The position numbers were made by a program, and so were the translations under genes. This document shows, one piece after another, positions 7,254 through 17,029 of a DNA stretch of 40,007 bases. The notes beneath the pieces were generated by a model. It did no database searches. It was given only the letters and a program-made list of their open reading frames with translations, and was not told the origin of the DNA. The DNA is from an uncultured Candidatus Saccharibacteria bacterium (GTDB lineage Bacteria > Patescibacteriota > Minisyncoccia > Minisyncoccales > Minisyncoccaceae): positions 1 through 40,007 of the forward strand of contig CAZOPO010000002.1 of assembly GCA_964581805.1 (NCBI GenBank). The letters run 5' to 3'. Within the stretch, counting starts at the first letter, position 1. Every line of letters begins with the position of its first letter.

Positions 7254-8549
7254 TTATCCTACAATTCTTTTTACTTCTTCAATGGTTGTTATGCCATTTA
7301 AAAATTTAATTAAACCATCTTGTTTCATAGTAGTCATTCCTTTTTTGATTGCTAATCTTTGAATAGCTGAAGAAGAAGGGGAAGTTAGAATAAAATCTTC
7401 TAATTCTTCATCAATAATCATTGCTTCAAAAATTCCTACTCTTCCTTTGTATCCTGTAAAATTACAATGTTCGCATCCTTTAATTTCAGAAACTTCTGTT
7501 TTCTCGTTGATTAAAGGTATTTCAATTTCCGAAGGCAATCCTTCCAGCTCTTCTTTGACGATTGAAAGTTCTTCAGGAGTAATTAATCTTTTAGTAGAAC
7601 ACTTAGGGCAAACTTTTCTTATTAATCTTTGAGCAATAGCTACATTAATAGCGGGAGCAATGTTTGAGGGGCTTTCTCCTAGAGCTTGGAATCTAGATAT
7701 TGTTCCTGAGGCTTCATTAGCATGAAGGGTGCTTAAGACTAGATGTCCAGTTAAGGCTGCCTGAAGAGAAATAGAGGCTGTTTCTAAGTCTCTTATTTCT
7801 CCTACAAGAATAGCATCAGGGTCTTGTCTGACAATTGATTTTAATCCAGCAGCAAAGGTATATCCTTTTTTAGGATTAACTTGTGTTTGAGAAATTCCGT
7901 CTAAATGATATTCAATAGGATCTTCAATGGTAATAACTTTTATTTCTGAGTTTTTAATCTTTTTTAAAAAAGCATAAAGAGTGGTTGTTTTTCCTGAGCC
8001 GGTAGGACCAGTAACAACAATCATTCCATTTGGTTTTTCTGTCTCTTTTGTAAAAATTTCATAAATATCTTTTCTTAAACCTAAATCTTCTAGACTAATT
8101 AAGTTTTTAGGATTAAGAACTCTCATAACAATAGTTTCCCCATATTCAGTAGGTAAGGTAGAGACTCTCACTTCTATCTCTTCTAAGGAATCAAAAATAA
8201 TAGAGAACCTTCCATCTTGAGGTTTGTCTTCAATATTTAATTTTAATCCTGATAAAAGTTTAATACGAGAAATAATTCTTTGATTTTTAGCAACGTCAAA
8301 AGAAAATATTTCTTGAAGTATTCCATCAATTCTTGATCTAAGGATTGAGCCACTTTCAATCGCTTCTAAATGTAAGTCAGAAGCGCCAAGAACAATTGCT
8401 CCCGACATAATATTTTTTAAAAGCAAAGAAATATCTTTATTTAAAGAAGCTTCTATCTGAGATTTAAAACTAGGAACTCCTTTAATATTATTAGTAAATT
8501 CCTCTTGTAATTCTTTTTCTATTTCGATTTTTCCTTTGATTGCTTCCAT
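7254..8549 (-). CDS. GspE/PilB-family type II/IV secretion (type IV pilus assembly) ATPase, short N-terminus
   Basis: Walker A GPTGSGKTTT, Asp box/Walker B ILVGEIRD, His box LSTLHAN, and a tetracysteine motif CPKC...CEHC. Confidence 0.88.
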   Translation of the reverse strand: MEAIKGKIEIEKELQEEFTNNIKGVPSFKSQIEASLNKDISLLLKNIMSGAIVLGASDLHLEAIESGSILRSRIDGILQEIFSFDVAKNQRIISRIKLLSGLKLNIEDKPQDGRFSIIFDSLEEIEVRVSTLPTEYGETIVMRVLNPKNLISLEDLGLRKDIYEIFTKETEKPNGMIVVTGPTGSGKTTTLYAFLKKIKNSEIKVITIEDPIEYHLDGISQTQVNPKKGYTFAAGLKSIVRQDPDAILVGEIRDLETASISLQAALTGHLVLSTLHANEASGTISRFQALGESPSNIAPAINVAIAQRLIRKVCPKCSTKRLITPEELSIVKEELEGLPSEIEIPLINEKTEVSEIKGCEHCNFTGYKGRVGIFEAMIIDEELEDFILTSPSSSAIQRLAIKKGMTTMKQDGLIKFLNGITTIEEVKRIVG

Positions 8550-8551
8550 TT

Positions 8552-9604
8552 TTAATTTAAAAATAATAATAATTTTTCTTTAGCTTTGTCCAAGTTATTT
8601 TCATCAATTAAGAATATTCCACCTTTTTCTTTATATGTTCCATCAAAACAGGAAGTCATTTTTTCTATCAAATGTTTTTTATCTGAATAAATTAGCCCTT
8701 TGATCTTAGGATCTGACTCCCATAAGATAAAAAAAGAAGAAAGATTAAGAAAGTTTTTAAGTTTATCAGTAATAGTTCCTAAATCTTTTGATGTGGTTTT
8801 GCTTTTTTTAAAATCATTACTAGAAATTGTAGAGATGTAGATATCGTTTTTGCAGATTAAATTTTTTAAAACTATTTCTAGTAATTTACTTATTCCTCCT
8901 TCTTTAGAAAAGACATTCAAATCTCCTCCGTTTTTTAAAAGCCACTTTATAGTCTTTATCTTTTTATTATTATCCGCTTTTTTGTTAGAAAAAGATAGTC
9001 CATAGAGAAGAAAGCTATTGGCTTGCTTATTTCTATATTGTTCTAATTCTTTTAAAATGCAAGCAATGCTTTGAGATATTCCTTGATTTTCTTTGATAAT
9101 ATTAATTTCTCCGTAATTTTGATTATTTAAATTATTATCAATATTTATAATAGTAGAAGCATAAAGTTGATCAGCCGATTCTTTACAAAGAATTTCAATA
9201 TCTTGAAAATTTTCTATTCCTAAAGTGAAAAGAATATCATAATTGTTTTGATTTTCTAGGTATTTATCTTCAGAGATTATTTTATAAGAGAATTTTTCAT
9301 CTCCTACATTTTTATCTTTAGGGGTTAAGTAAAGAGTAATTCCTTTATCTTTTTTTTCATAATAAACTTCAGAAACTTCACCTTCAAAAGATATTTGGAA
9401 TTTTTTTTGATTTTTTGTTTTAATAAAGCTTTCAATTTTAGGAGAAATATCACAAGTAGGGAAAAAGACATTTTTATTATTACTTTTTAAAGCAAAAAAA
9501 AGAGCTAAAGCAGCTCCTATTGCATCATCATTTGCATTGTCTTTGGTTAGAATGCCAATATTATTAGCATTTTCTAAGATGTTTTTAATATTTATATTTT
9601 CCAT
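8552..9604 (-). CDS. DHH/DHHA1-family (NrnA-like) protein with degenerate catalytic motifs
   Basis: Motif I-like NANDDAIGAALAL. The DHH position reads IINIDNNLNNQNYG (DHH replaced by DNN). The DHHA1 GGGH position reads only KGG. Confidence 0.45.
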   Translation of the reverse strand: MENINIKNILENANNIGILTKDNANDDAIGAALALFFALKSNNKNVFFPTCDISPKIESFIKTKNQKKFQISFEGEVSEVYYEKKDKGITLYLTPKDKNVGDEKFSYKIISEDKYLENQNNYDILFTLGIENFQDIEILCKESADQLYASTIINIDNNLNNQNYGEINIIKENQGISQSIACILKELEQYRNKQANSFLLYGLSFSNKKADNNKKIKTIKWLLKNGGDLNVFSKEGGISKLLEIVLKNLICKNDIYISTISSNDFKKSKTTSKDLGTITDKLKNFLNLSSFFILWESDPKIKGLIYSDKKHLIEKMTSCFDGTYKEKGGIFLIDENNLDKAKEKLLLFLN

Positions 9605-9646
9605 CTTTTGGCCATTATTTTAATATATTTAAGGGCAAAAGTCAAT

Positions 9647-9675
9647 TTGCTTTTTATCTCTATTATTCATATAAT
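9647..9675 (+). promoter_or_regulatory. Candidate promoter of tsaE
   Basis: TTGCTT (9647-9652), a 17 nt spacer, TATAAT (9670-9675); ATG lies 12 nt downstream. Confidence 0.45.
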
Positions 9676-9687
9676 TTACTTAATTAT

Positions 9688-10113
9688 ATGGAATATTTTT
9701 CAGAGAACTTAAAAGAAACTCAAGAGATAGGTAAAAATCTTGCCGAGGAAATTAAAAAAAGAAGAATTTTTATTATTAAAGGAGATTTAGGAGCAGGTAA
9801 AACAACTCTAGTTCAAGGTTTTGCTAAAGGTTTAGGAATCACTCAAAAAGTAAATAGTCCGACATTTATTTTGATGAATAAATATCCTCTTAAGAAGAAT
9901 AAGTTTTTATATCATTTAGATCTTTATCGAATAAATAAAAAGAAAGAATTAGAAAGTCTTGATATTAAAGAGGTGATTAATAATAAAAATAATATTGTGA
10001 TGATTGAATGGCCAGAAAAAATTAAAGACATCTTACCTAAAGATACAGTTTGTATAGAAATGAAAGTTTTAGAGGAGAATAAGAGAAAGATAATAATTAA
10101 ATATGGAGAATAA
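9688..10113 (+). CDS. tsaE: tRNA t6A37 biosynthesis ATPase TsaE (YjeE)
   Basis: GDLGAGKTTLVQGFAKGLG P-loop followed by SPTF, about 140 aa. Confidence 0.85.
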   Translation: MEYFSENLKETQEIGKNLAEEIKKRRIFIIKGDLGAGKTTLVQGFAKGLGITQKVNSPTFILMNKYPLKKNKFLYHLDLYRINKKKELESLDIKEVINNKNNIVMIEWPEKIKDILPKDTVCIEMKVLEENKRKIIIKYGE

Positions 10114-11017
10114 AAATAATTTCATCATTATTGATTCTAATTCAGTAATTCATCGAGCTTTTCATGCCTTGCCTCCTTTAAAAAGGAAAGACGGAATTAT
10201 TGTTAATGCTGTTTATGGATTTCTTTTAGTTCTTTTCAAACTTCTAAAAGATTTAGAGCCAAAATATTTTGTAGCTTGCTTTGATTTGCCAGAAACAACT
10301 TTTAGGAAAAAAATGTTTAGTGAATACAAAGCTCAAAGGAAAAAAGCTCCTGATGAATTGTATAATCAAATTCCTATGGTTAAAGATGTTTTAAAAAAGT
10401 TTAATGTTCCTATTTTTGAAAAATCAGGATACGAAGGAGATGATATCATTGGAACTTTGACAGAGTTTTTAACTAAAGAAAAAGATACTAAAAATATTAT
10501 TGTTTCGGGAGATATGGATAACTTACAATTGATTAATGAGAAGACTTTTGTCTACTTTTTGAATAAAGGAGTTAAAAACGTTGTTTTATGTGATGAAAAT
10601 TCAGTTAAAGAAAAATATTGTGGGCTTAGTCCTAAGCAGTTAATTGATTATAAGGGATTAAGAGGAGATTCTTCTGACAACATTCCAGGAGTTAAGGGGA
10701 TAGGAGAAAAAACGGCCCTAGATTTAATTAAAGAATTTGGAGGAATTGATAACTTATATAAAAAGATAGAAAACAATGAAGATAATCTTTCTAAAAAAAT
10801 AAAGGAAAAATTAATTAATGATAAAAAAATTGCTTTATTGAGTAGAGAGTTGTCGGAAATAAAAAGAGATGTTCCTTTAGATATTGATATTAAAAGTTGT
10901 GAGTGGGGTGGATATAATGATCAAGAAGTTATCAAGATGCTTGAATCTTTTGGTTTCAATAGTTTGATTAAAAATATTTCTCTTAATCCAATTGGTGAAA
11001 ACTTAAAGCTATGGTAA
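10103..11017 (+). CDS. Stand-alone 5'-3' exonuclease / flap endonuclease (Pol I N-terminal domain homolog)
   Basis: IIDSNSVIHRAFHALP, GDDIIGT, and H3TH GVKGIGEKTALDLIKEFG. No polymerase domain follows. Confidence 0.85.
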   Translation: MENKNNFIIIDSNSVIHRAFHALPPLKRKDGIIVNAVYGFLLVLFKLLKDLEPKYFVACFDLPETTFRKKMFSEYKAQRKKAPDELYNQIPMVKDVLKKFNVPIFEKSGYEGDDIIGTLTEFLTKEKDTKNIIVSGDMDNLQLINEKTFVYFLNKGVKNVVLCDENSVKEKYCGLSPKQLIDYKGLRGDSSDNIPGVKGIGEKTALDLIKEFGGIDNLYKKIENNEDNLSKKIKEKLINDKKIALLSRELSEIKRDVPLDIDIKSCEWGGYNDQEVIKMLESFGFNSLIKNISLNPIGENLKLW

Positions 11018-11026
11018 AATTACGAT

Positions 11027-12124
11027 ATGGAAGAAGATAAAACAAAAGAAATAACCAGAGCGGCCATTTTGAATATACTAGAAGACTCAGATGAACTTAT
11101 AAAGCAGAATTCTAAAGAGAAGAAAAGATATAGGTCTATCATGGACAATCTTAATGATGGAATAATTATCCTAGATAAAAAATATCAAATTGAATTTATT
11201 AATTCAGAAGCTTTAATTTTTTTAGATCTTGATAAAAGAGAAGTAGAAGGAAAATCTTTATTAAATTTAATTCAAAAAAAAGATTTAGAGGATTTTTTTA
11301 TTAAAGATGGGGAAGTTAAAAATTTTGAAAAGAAAGAATTAATTATAAACGAATATTGTTTATTAATATCTTCATTGTTTTTAAGTGAAGGATTTTTAAT
11401 TATTATTAGTAACGCTAGTAATGATAAATTAATTGAAAGAAGAGAGTCAGATTTTATTTCTATTGCTGCTCATCAATTAAGAACTCCTTTGTCAGCAATA
11501 AAATGGACGACAAGAATGATATTAGATGGAGATGCTGGAGATATAAATGAAGAACAGAGAAGTTTATTAGAGAAAACTTATTTGAGTAACGAAAAGATGA
11601 TTTATTTAATTAATGATCTTCTTGATGTTTCCAAAATAGAAGAAAATAAATTTATATATAATAAAATAGATTATTCTTTGGAAGAAATTTTAAATAAATC
11701 TCTTAAAAGATTTAAAGATATTTTAGAAATTAAAAATATAAATTTGAAAATTCATAAGCCAGATCAGTTTTTACCTAAAGTTAAAATTGATAAAAGCAAA
11801 ATGGAGATAGTTTTTCAAAAATTAATAGAAAATGCTATTAAATACAGCCTTAAGGGAGGAGAGATTTCAATTACCTTGGAAAAAGATGATAAAAATGTTA
11901 TTTTTAAGATAAAAGATTACGGGGCAGGGATTCCTAAAGATCAGCAGGAAAGAATTTTTAGCAAATTTTTTAGAGGTTCTAATGCTGTTAAATTAGAAAC
12001 AGATGGAACAGGTTTGGGTTTATATACAACTAAAAGTATTATTAATTCACATAAGGGAAAAATCTGGTTTGAATCTGTTGAAGGCGAAGGAACAACTTTT
12101 TATTTTACAATTCCTATTAATTAA
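11027..12124 (+). CDS. Cytoplasmic PAS-domain sensor histidine kinase
   Basis: H-box SIAAHQLRTPLSAI, N/G boxes (ENAIKYS, DYGAGIP, GTGLGL), a PAS-like N-terminal half and no TM segment. Confidence 0.85.
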   Translation: MEEDKTKEITRAAILNILEDSDELIKQNSKEKKRYRSIMDNLNDGIIILDKKYQIEFINSEALIFLDLDKREVEGKSLLNLIQKKDLEDFFIKDGEVKNFEKKELIINEYCLLISSLFLSEGFLIIISNASNDKLIERRESDFISIAAHQLRTPLSAIKWTTRMILDGDAGDINEEQRSLLEKTYLSNEKMIYLINDLLDVSKIEENKFIYNKIDYSLEEILNKSLKRFKDILEIKNINLKIHKPDQFLPKVKIDKSKMEIVFQKLIENAIKYSLKGGEISITLEKDDKNVIFKIKDYGAGIPKDQQERIFSKFFRGSNAVKLETDGTGLGLYTTKSIINSHKGKIWFESVEGEGTTFYFTIPIN

Positions 12125-12138
12125 TAAATAAAAAAAAT

Positions 12139-12507
12139 ATGATTAAAAAAATATTGCTAATTGAAGATGATAAGTTTTTGAGAGAATTAATGACTAAAAA
12201 GCTTTTTAGTATGGATTATGATGTTTCTTCTTCTGTTGATGGGGAAAGTGGATTAGAAATGATTAAAGAAAAACAGCCAGATTTAGTTTTATTAGATTTA
12301 ATATTGCCAGGAATGAATGGGTTTGAAGTTTTAGAAAGAGCTAAAAAAGATCCTGAAATTAATAATATTCCAATCATTATTCTTTCTAATTTAGGACAAA
12401 AGGAAGATATTGATAAAGGTTTAGAATTAGGAGCTAAGGACTTTTTAATCAAAGCTCATTTTACTCCTCAAGAAATAGCAAATAAACTTAAAAATATTTT
12501 AGGATAA
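12139..12507 (+). CDS. Single-domain response regulator (receiver only)
   Basis: ILLIEDD, DLVLLDLILPGMNG and LSNLG...K motifs; 122 aa with no output domain. Confidence 0.88.
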   Translation: MIKKILLIEDDKFLRELMTKKLFSMDYDVSSSVDGESGLEMIKEKQPDLVLLDLILPGMNGFEVLERAKKDPEINNIPIIILSNLGQKEDIDKGLELGAKDFLIKAHFTPQEIANKLKNILG

Positions 12508-13379
12508 TGCCAGAATTACCAGAAGTCGAAACAGTTATTAGAGATCTCCGAAAAGAAGTTATTGGGAGGAGTTTTACTGATCTTTGGACCAACGTAGAGA
12601 ATATGATTAAGAAGGATACAGTAGACTCTCTAAAAGAAAAAATTATTGGCAGAAAAATAAAATCTTTAAGAAGAAGAGGTAAAAATATTATTATAGACTT
12701 AGACAATGATAAGATTTTGCTTGTCCATCAAAAAATAGCAGGGCATTTGCTCTTAGGAAAATGGAAGTTTGAAAATGATTTTTGGACTGCTCCTAAAGGA
12801 CCACTTTCTGATGATCCGATTAACAAATTTTTACATGTAGTTTTTTCTTTAGATGATCAAAGACAAATAGCTCTTTCTGATGTAAGGAAATTTGCTAAAG
12901 TTCAATTCTTTGAGAACGAAGAAGATTTACAAGAAGAATTTAAAAATTTAGGGCCTGAGCCACTAGAAGATTCTTTTACTTTAGATATTTTTAAAAAATT
13001 GATTAAAGGAAAAAAAGGGAAAATAAAACAGATTTTAATGGATCAAAATTTTATAGTTGGAGTTGGCAATATCTATGCTTCAGAAATTCTTTTTAGAGCT
13101 AAAATTCATCCCGAAGAAAGAGTTGATAAATTGAATGATGATGATTTAAAAAATATATACGAAGGGATTAGATTTATACTAAGTGAATCAATTAAGCTTA
13201 GGGGAGATAGTTTTTCTGATTTTAGGACAATTTATGGAGAGAAAGGAGAATCATACAAAATTATTCAAGTCTATCAGAGACAAGGAACTCCTTGTGTTAA
13301 TTGTGGGACTAAAATAGAAAGGATTAGCTTAGGAGGAAGAGGATCGTTTTTTTGTCCTAATTGTCAAAAAAAGAGATGA
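12507..13379 (+). CDS. mutM: Formamidopyrimidine-DNA glycosylase
   Basis: MPELPEVETV N-terminus, H2TH region, and a C-terminal zinc finger CVNCG...CPNCQ. Confidence 0.9.
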   Translation: MPELPEVETVIRDLRKEVIGRSFTDLWTNVENMIKKDTVDSLKEKIIGRKIKSLRRRGKNIIIDLDNDKILLVHQKIAGHLLLGKWKFENDFWTAPKGPLSDDPINKFLHVVFSLDDQRQIALSDVRKFAKVQFFENEEDLQEEFKNLGPEPLEDSFTLDIFKKLIKGKKGKIKQILMDQNFIVGVGNIYASEILFRAKIHPEERVDKLNDDDLKNIYEGIRFILSESIKLRGDSFSDFRTIYGEKGESYKIIQVYQRQGTPCVNCGTKIERISLGGRGSFFCPNCQKKR

Positions 13380-14260
13380 TTATACTTTTTCACGGTAAAG
13401 ATTCTTATAGAATTAAAGAAAAAATTGATGAATTCGTTAAAGCTTATAAAGAAAAAAATAAGAATTATTTTGGTTTAAATTATTTGAATGGGAAAGAAAT
13501 AACATTATTTGATTTAAAAGAAGAGATGCTTTCTTATTCAATGTTTAGTGAAAAAAAACTAATCATTATTAACAATTTATTATCTAATCAAAAGAATAAA
13601 GAAGATTTTTTAAGTCAAATTGATTTATTTAAAAAATCAGAAAACATTTTAATTCTAGTTGAAGAAAATGAAGTTTTGGGAAAGATAATTGATGATTTTG
13701 ATAAGGTTAATAAATTTGATTTATTAAACGGATTAAAATTAAAAGATTGGATTAAAAAGAAAGTTGTTTCTTTAGAGTCAGAGATAGAAGAAGAGGCTAT
13801 TAATAAGATAATTGAATATGTGGGAGGAGATTTATGGCAGATAAATAATGAATTGATGAAGCTTTCTAGCTATTCTAAAAAAATAACTTCTGACAATGTT
13901 TCAAAAATGGTTAGGCCTAAAAATGAAATTAATATTTTTGATACGCTAGATGCTGTTGCTCAAAAAAATAAAAAGAAGGCTATTAGTCTTTTAAGGATAC
14001 ATGTTGACAAGGGGGATTCTCCAATTTTTCTTTTATCAATGATTGCTTCTCAAATAAGAAATATTATCTCTGTTAAAAATGGCGCAGTTGTTAAACAAAT
14101 GAACCCTTTTGTTTATAGAAAATCTGTTTCTCAGGCTAAAAATTTTACAATGGAGGATTTAAAAAAAATATATTCTAGAATTTTAGAATTAGACTTTGAA
14201 ATTAAAATGGGTAAAATTAATCCCGATATATCTTTAGATGTTTTAATATCAGAAATATGA
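13376..14260 (+). CDS. holA: DNA polymerase III delta subunit
   Basis: MIILFHGKDSYRIKEKIDEF... has an N-terminus and length typical of HolA. ATGA overlap with the mutM stop. Confidence 0.65.
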   Translation: MIILFHGKDSYRIKEKIDEFVKAYKEKNKNYFGLNYLNGKEITLFDLKEEMLSYSMFSEKKLIIINNLLSNQKNKEDFLSQIDLFKKSENILILVEENEVLGKIIDDFDKVNKFDLLNGLKLKDWIKKKVVSLESEIEEEAINKIIEYVGGDLWQINNELMKLSSYSKKITSDNVSKMVRPKNEINIFDTLDAVAQKNKKKAISLLRIHVDKGDSPIFLLSMIASQIRNIISVKNGAVVKQMNPFVYRKSVSQAKNFTMEDLKKIYSRILELDFEIKMGKINPDISLDVLISEI

Positions 14261-14880
14261 AAAAAATTATTTGTTTTGACGTTAATGGGACTTTAGTTGA
14301 TGATGAAGCTTGGGACTTCTTTGAAGATCAAAAGGAAGAAGTAGAAAAAAATTATAGTCTTTTTTCTTCTAAAGGAATTACCATTGATGAGCTTTTTAAA
14401 AGATTTGTTTTGTCATTAATAAAAATAGGAAAAAAGAAAAAGTCAGATTTTTCTAATATTCCTGTAGGTAATCTTAAAGAGGGAGCTGAAGAAATAATTA
14501 AGTATTTAAAATCTAAAAATTATATTATTTATTTGGTCTCTTGTTCTTTAGATGTTTATTTGGAAGTATTATCTAAAAAATTATCACTAGACGGATATTA
14601 TGCGGGGAGTAAAGTTATTTTTGATAATGATGACAATATCTCTCATATTTTAGGAGATTGTTATAAAATGAAAGCTTTTAAAGAGAAAAAAGTAAAAGAG
14701 ATTGCCCTTAAGGAAGGAGTAAAGATTGAAGATATTTATTTTGTCGGTGACGGTAGAAATGATTTAGATGCTTTTAAAATAACAAAACACGGTATTGCTA
14801 TTGATAGTAAGGTAGAAGAACTTAACAACTGTGCCTTTAGAAAAATTAAATCTTTATTAGAAATTAAAGAATTTCTTTAG
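14257..14880 (+). CDS. HAD-superfamily hydrolase (phosphoserine-phosphatase-like subfamily IB)
   Basis: Motif I ICFDVNGTL and motif IV VGDGRNDLDAF. Confidence 0.7.
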   Translation: MKKIICFDVNGTLVDDEAWDFFEDQKEEVEKNYSLFSSKGITIDELFKRFVLSLIKIGKKKKSDFSNIPVGNLKEGAEEIIKYLKSKNYIIYLVSCSLDVYLEVLSKKLSLDGYYAGSKVIFDNDDNISHILGDCYKMKAFKEKKVKEIALKEGVKIEDIYFVGDGRNDLDAFKITKHGIAIDSKVEELNNCAFRKIKSLLEIKEFL

Positions 14881-14885
14881 TAATT

Positions 14886-14916
14886 AAAAACTGATTCAGT
14901 GAATCAGTTTTTTAAA
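14886..14916. terminator. Bidirectional intrinsic terminator (HAD gene / rpsT)
   Basis: AAAAA-CTGATTC-AGT-GAATCAG-TTTTTT; it overlaps the last codons of rpsT. Confidence 0.7.
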
Positions 14917-15170
14917 CTCTTAATTTGTTTCATTATCCTCGATTTCTTTCTTGAGGCGGTGTTTTTTTTGATAACTCCTCTCTTAGCTGCTTTATCAATG
15001 GCCTTATATATCCTAGGCATCATCTTTTCAACTTCTTCAATATTCTTATTAGAAAGCAAAGTATGAGCTTCTTTAATAAGCTTTCTCATTTCTAAGATTC
15101 TTTTTGTATTTACGACTCTGCGTCTTTCTATTTGAGCAGGTCTTCTTTTGGTTGTTTTTGTTACTGGCAT
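14904..15170 (-). CDS. rpsT: 30S ribosomal protein S20
   Basis: Basic 88-aa protein; MPVTKTTKRRPAQIERRRVVN...AIDKAAKRGVIKKNTASRKKSR is the typical S20 pattern. Confidence 0.9.
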   Translation of the reverse strand: MPVTKTTKRRPAQIERRRVVNTKRILEMRKLIKEAHTLLSNKNIEEVEKMMPRIYKAIDKAAKRGVIKKNTASRKKSRIMKQIKSLKN

Positions 15171-15190
15171 ATAAGATATATATATACTAA

Positions 15191-15220
15191 TTGTTCAAAT
15201 ATTGCAAGTTTTGATATAAT
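15191..15220 (+). promoter_or_regulatory. Candidate extended -10 promoter of ruvA-murE (leaderless arrangement)
   Basis: TTGTTC (15191-15196), an 18 nt spacer, TGaTATAAT (-10 at 15215-15220), then 7 nt to ATG at 15228. Confidence 0.5.
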
Positions 15221-15227
15221 GATTTTA

Positions 15228-15776
15228 ATGATAAGTCACATTAAAGGAAAAATTGCATATAAAGATGAAAAAAAGATAGTTATTGATCTATTAGGCATGG
15301 GATTTGACGTCTTTTTATCTTCTTCTGATTTAAGAACCGTTAAAGAGGGAGAAGAGAGGGTTATTTTTACTTATCTTTTCTTAAAAGAGAAAGAAATTGA
15401 ATTATATGGTTTTTTAAGTTTAGAAAAATTAAACTTATTCAAAACACTAAAAGAAATATCGGGAGTTGGTCCTAAGAGTGCGATGGGTTTAGCGGTAGCA
15501 GGATCCCTAGATAATTTAAAGAAAATAATTGAAGAGGGATCTTTGCCTGACGATGTTAAAGGTATTGGTAAAAAAAGATTACAAACGATTCTTTTAGAGA
15601 TCACAGGTAAAGTTAAAGAAATTAATAATAGTGTTTCTAAAGATGAAGTAGTAAATGCTTTAATTGGTCTAGGATTTAATCTTAAAGAAGTAAAAGAAGC
15701 AATTAAATATATTCCTAAAGAAATTAAAGAAACAGAAGAAAAAATAAAAGAAGCTTTAAAGTTTTTAAGAAAATGA
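15228..15776 (+). CDS. ruvA: Holliday junction DNA helicase subunit RuvA
   Basis: MISHIKGKI... N-terminus, HhH motif ISGVGPKSAMGL, and a C-terminal domain III. The track N-terminal extension overlaps rpsT and the promoter. Confidence 0.88.
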   Translation: MISHIKGKIAYKDEKKIVIDLLGMGFDVFLSSSDLRTVKEGEERVIFTYLFLKEKEIELYGFLSLEKLNLFKTLKEISGVGPKSAMGLAVAGSLDNLKKIIEEGSLPDDVKGIGKKRLQTILLEITGKVKEINNSVSKDEVVNALIGLGFNLKEVKEAIKYIPKEIKETEEKIKEALKFLRK

Positions 15777-17005
15777 TTTTTAAAAAGTATATTCCTAATT
15801 TTTTAATTAGTTCATATCATTTTATGATTTCCTTTTTAGGGGCTTTTTTTTGTGGATTTCCTTCAAGAAAAATAAAAGTTATTGGGGTAACAGGAACTAA
15901 CGGAAAATCAACAGTTGTAAATATTATTACAGAAATATTGAAGGAGGGGGGATATAAAGTAGCTTCATCTTCTTCAATTGTCTTTAGAATAGGAGAAAAA
16001 GAAGAAGAAAATAAAATGAAAATGACAATGCCAGGAAGATTTGTTTTGCAAAACTTTTTAAAGAATGCCGTAAAGGAAAAATGTGATTATGCAATTATTG
16101 AAGTAACTTCCGAAGGTGTTAAACAGCATCGTCATCGTTTTATTGATTTTGATACAGCTGTAATTACTAATTTAACTCCTGAACATATTGAAGCACATAA
16201 AGGTTTTGAAAATTACAAAAAAGCTAAAGGTGAATTCTTTAATTATGTAAAAGGTACTCATATTATAGGAACAGATGATAAAAATGCAGAATACTTTTTA
16301 GGTTTTTCTGCTAAAAAGAAAATAACTTATGGAATTAATTTGGGAGAAGTTAGGGCAACAGATATTTTCCTTAGTCCTAATGGTTCAACTTTTAAAGTTG
16401 AAGGAGTTGATTTTCAATTAAAACTTCTTTGCGAGTTTAATATCTTAAATGCTTTAGCAGGAATATCTTTAGGTCTTTCTGAGGGGATTGACTTGGAGTC
16501 TTGTAAAAGAGGATTATTGAATGTTAATCAAATAGCAGGAAGAATGGAAGAAGTTATAGATTCTCCTTACCGAGTTTTTGTTGATTATGCTTTTACTCCT
16601 AATGCTTTAGAGAAAGTTTATAATTTTTTAAAACCAGAAAAAGGAAGATTATTGTGTGTTTTAGGTTCTTGTGGGGGAGGAAGGGATAAATGGAAAAGGC
16701 CAGTTTTAGGAGAGATAGCAGAAAGATACGGAGATATCGTTATTGTTACTAACGAAGATCCATATGATGAAGATCCGATGGAAATTATAAATCAAGTCTC
16801 AAGTGGATCTCTTAAAGCGCAAAAAATTCTTGATAGAAGAGAAGCGATTAGGTTTGTTTTAAAAGAAGCTAAAGAAGGGGATACAGTAATTATAACAGGA
16901 AAAGGTTGTGAGCCTTGGATATGTGTTGCTCAAGGAAAAAAGATTCCTTGGGACGATAGATCAGTCATCAAAGAAGAGTTTAAAAACTTGACATCTTCCT
17001 TCTAA
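15773..17005 (+). CDS. murE: Mur ligase, MurE-like (UDP-MurNAc-tripeptide synthetase)
   Basis: GVTGTNGKSTV P-loop and a TNEDPYDEDP motif equivalent to the MurE DNPR region. Short N-terminal domain. Confidence 0.75.
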   Translation: MIFKKYIPNFLISSYHFMISFLGAFFCGFPSRKIKVIGVTGTNGKSTVVNIITEILKEGGYKVASSSSIVFRIGEKEEENKMKMTMPGRFVLQNFLKNAVKEKCDYAIIEVTSEGVKQHRHRFIDFDTAVITNLTPEHIEAHKGFENYKKAKGEFFNYVKGTHIIGTDDKNAEYFLGFSAKKKITYGINLGEVRATDIFLSPNGSTFKVEGVDFQLKLLCEFNILNALAGISLGLSEGIDLESCKRGLLNVNQIAGRMEEVIDSPYRVFVDYAFTPNALEKVYNFLKPEKGRLLCVLGSCGGGRDKWKRPVLGEIAERYGDIVIVTNEDPYDEDPMEIINQVSSGSLKAQKILDRREAIRFVLKEAKEGDTVIITGKGCEPWICVAQGKKIPWDDRSVIKEEFKNLTSSF

Positions 17006-17029
17006 AAGGTAGAATAAGGGTGCTTTAAT

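Noticed and set aside
14257-14880. HAD hydrolase motif I reads FDVNGT (second Asp replaced by Asn), possibly an inactive enzyme.
   Set aside because: The nucleophile Asp is present, and DxN variants occur in my recollection of the superfamily. This is not enough to claim loss of function from sequence alone.
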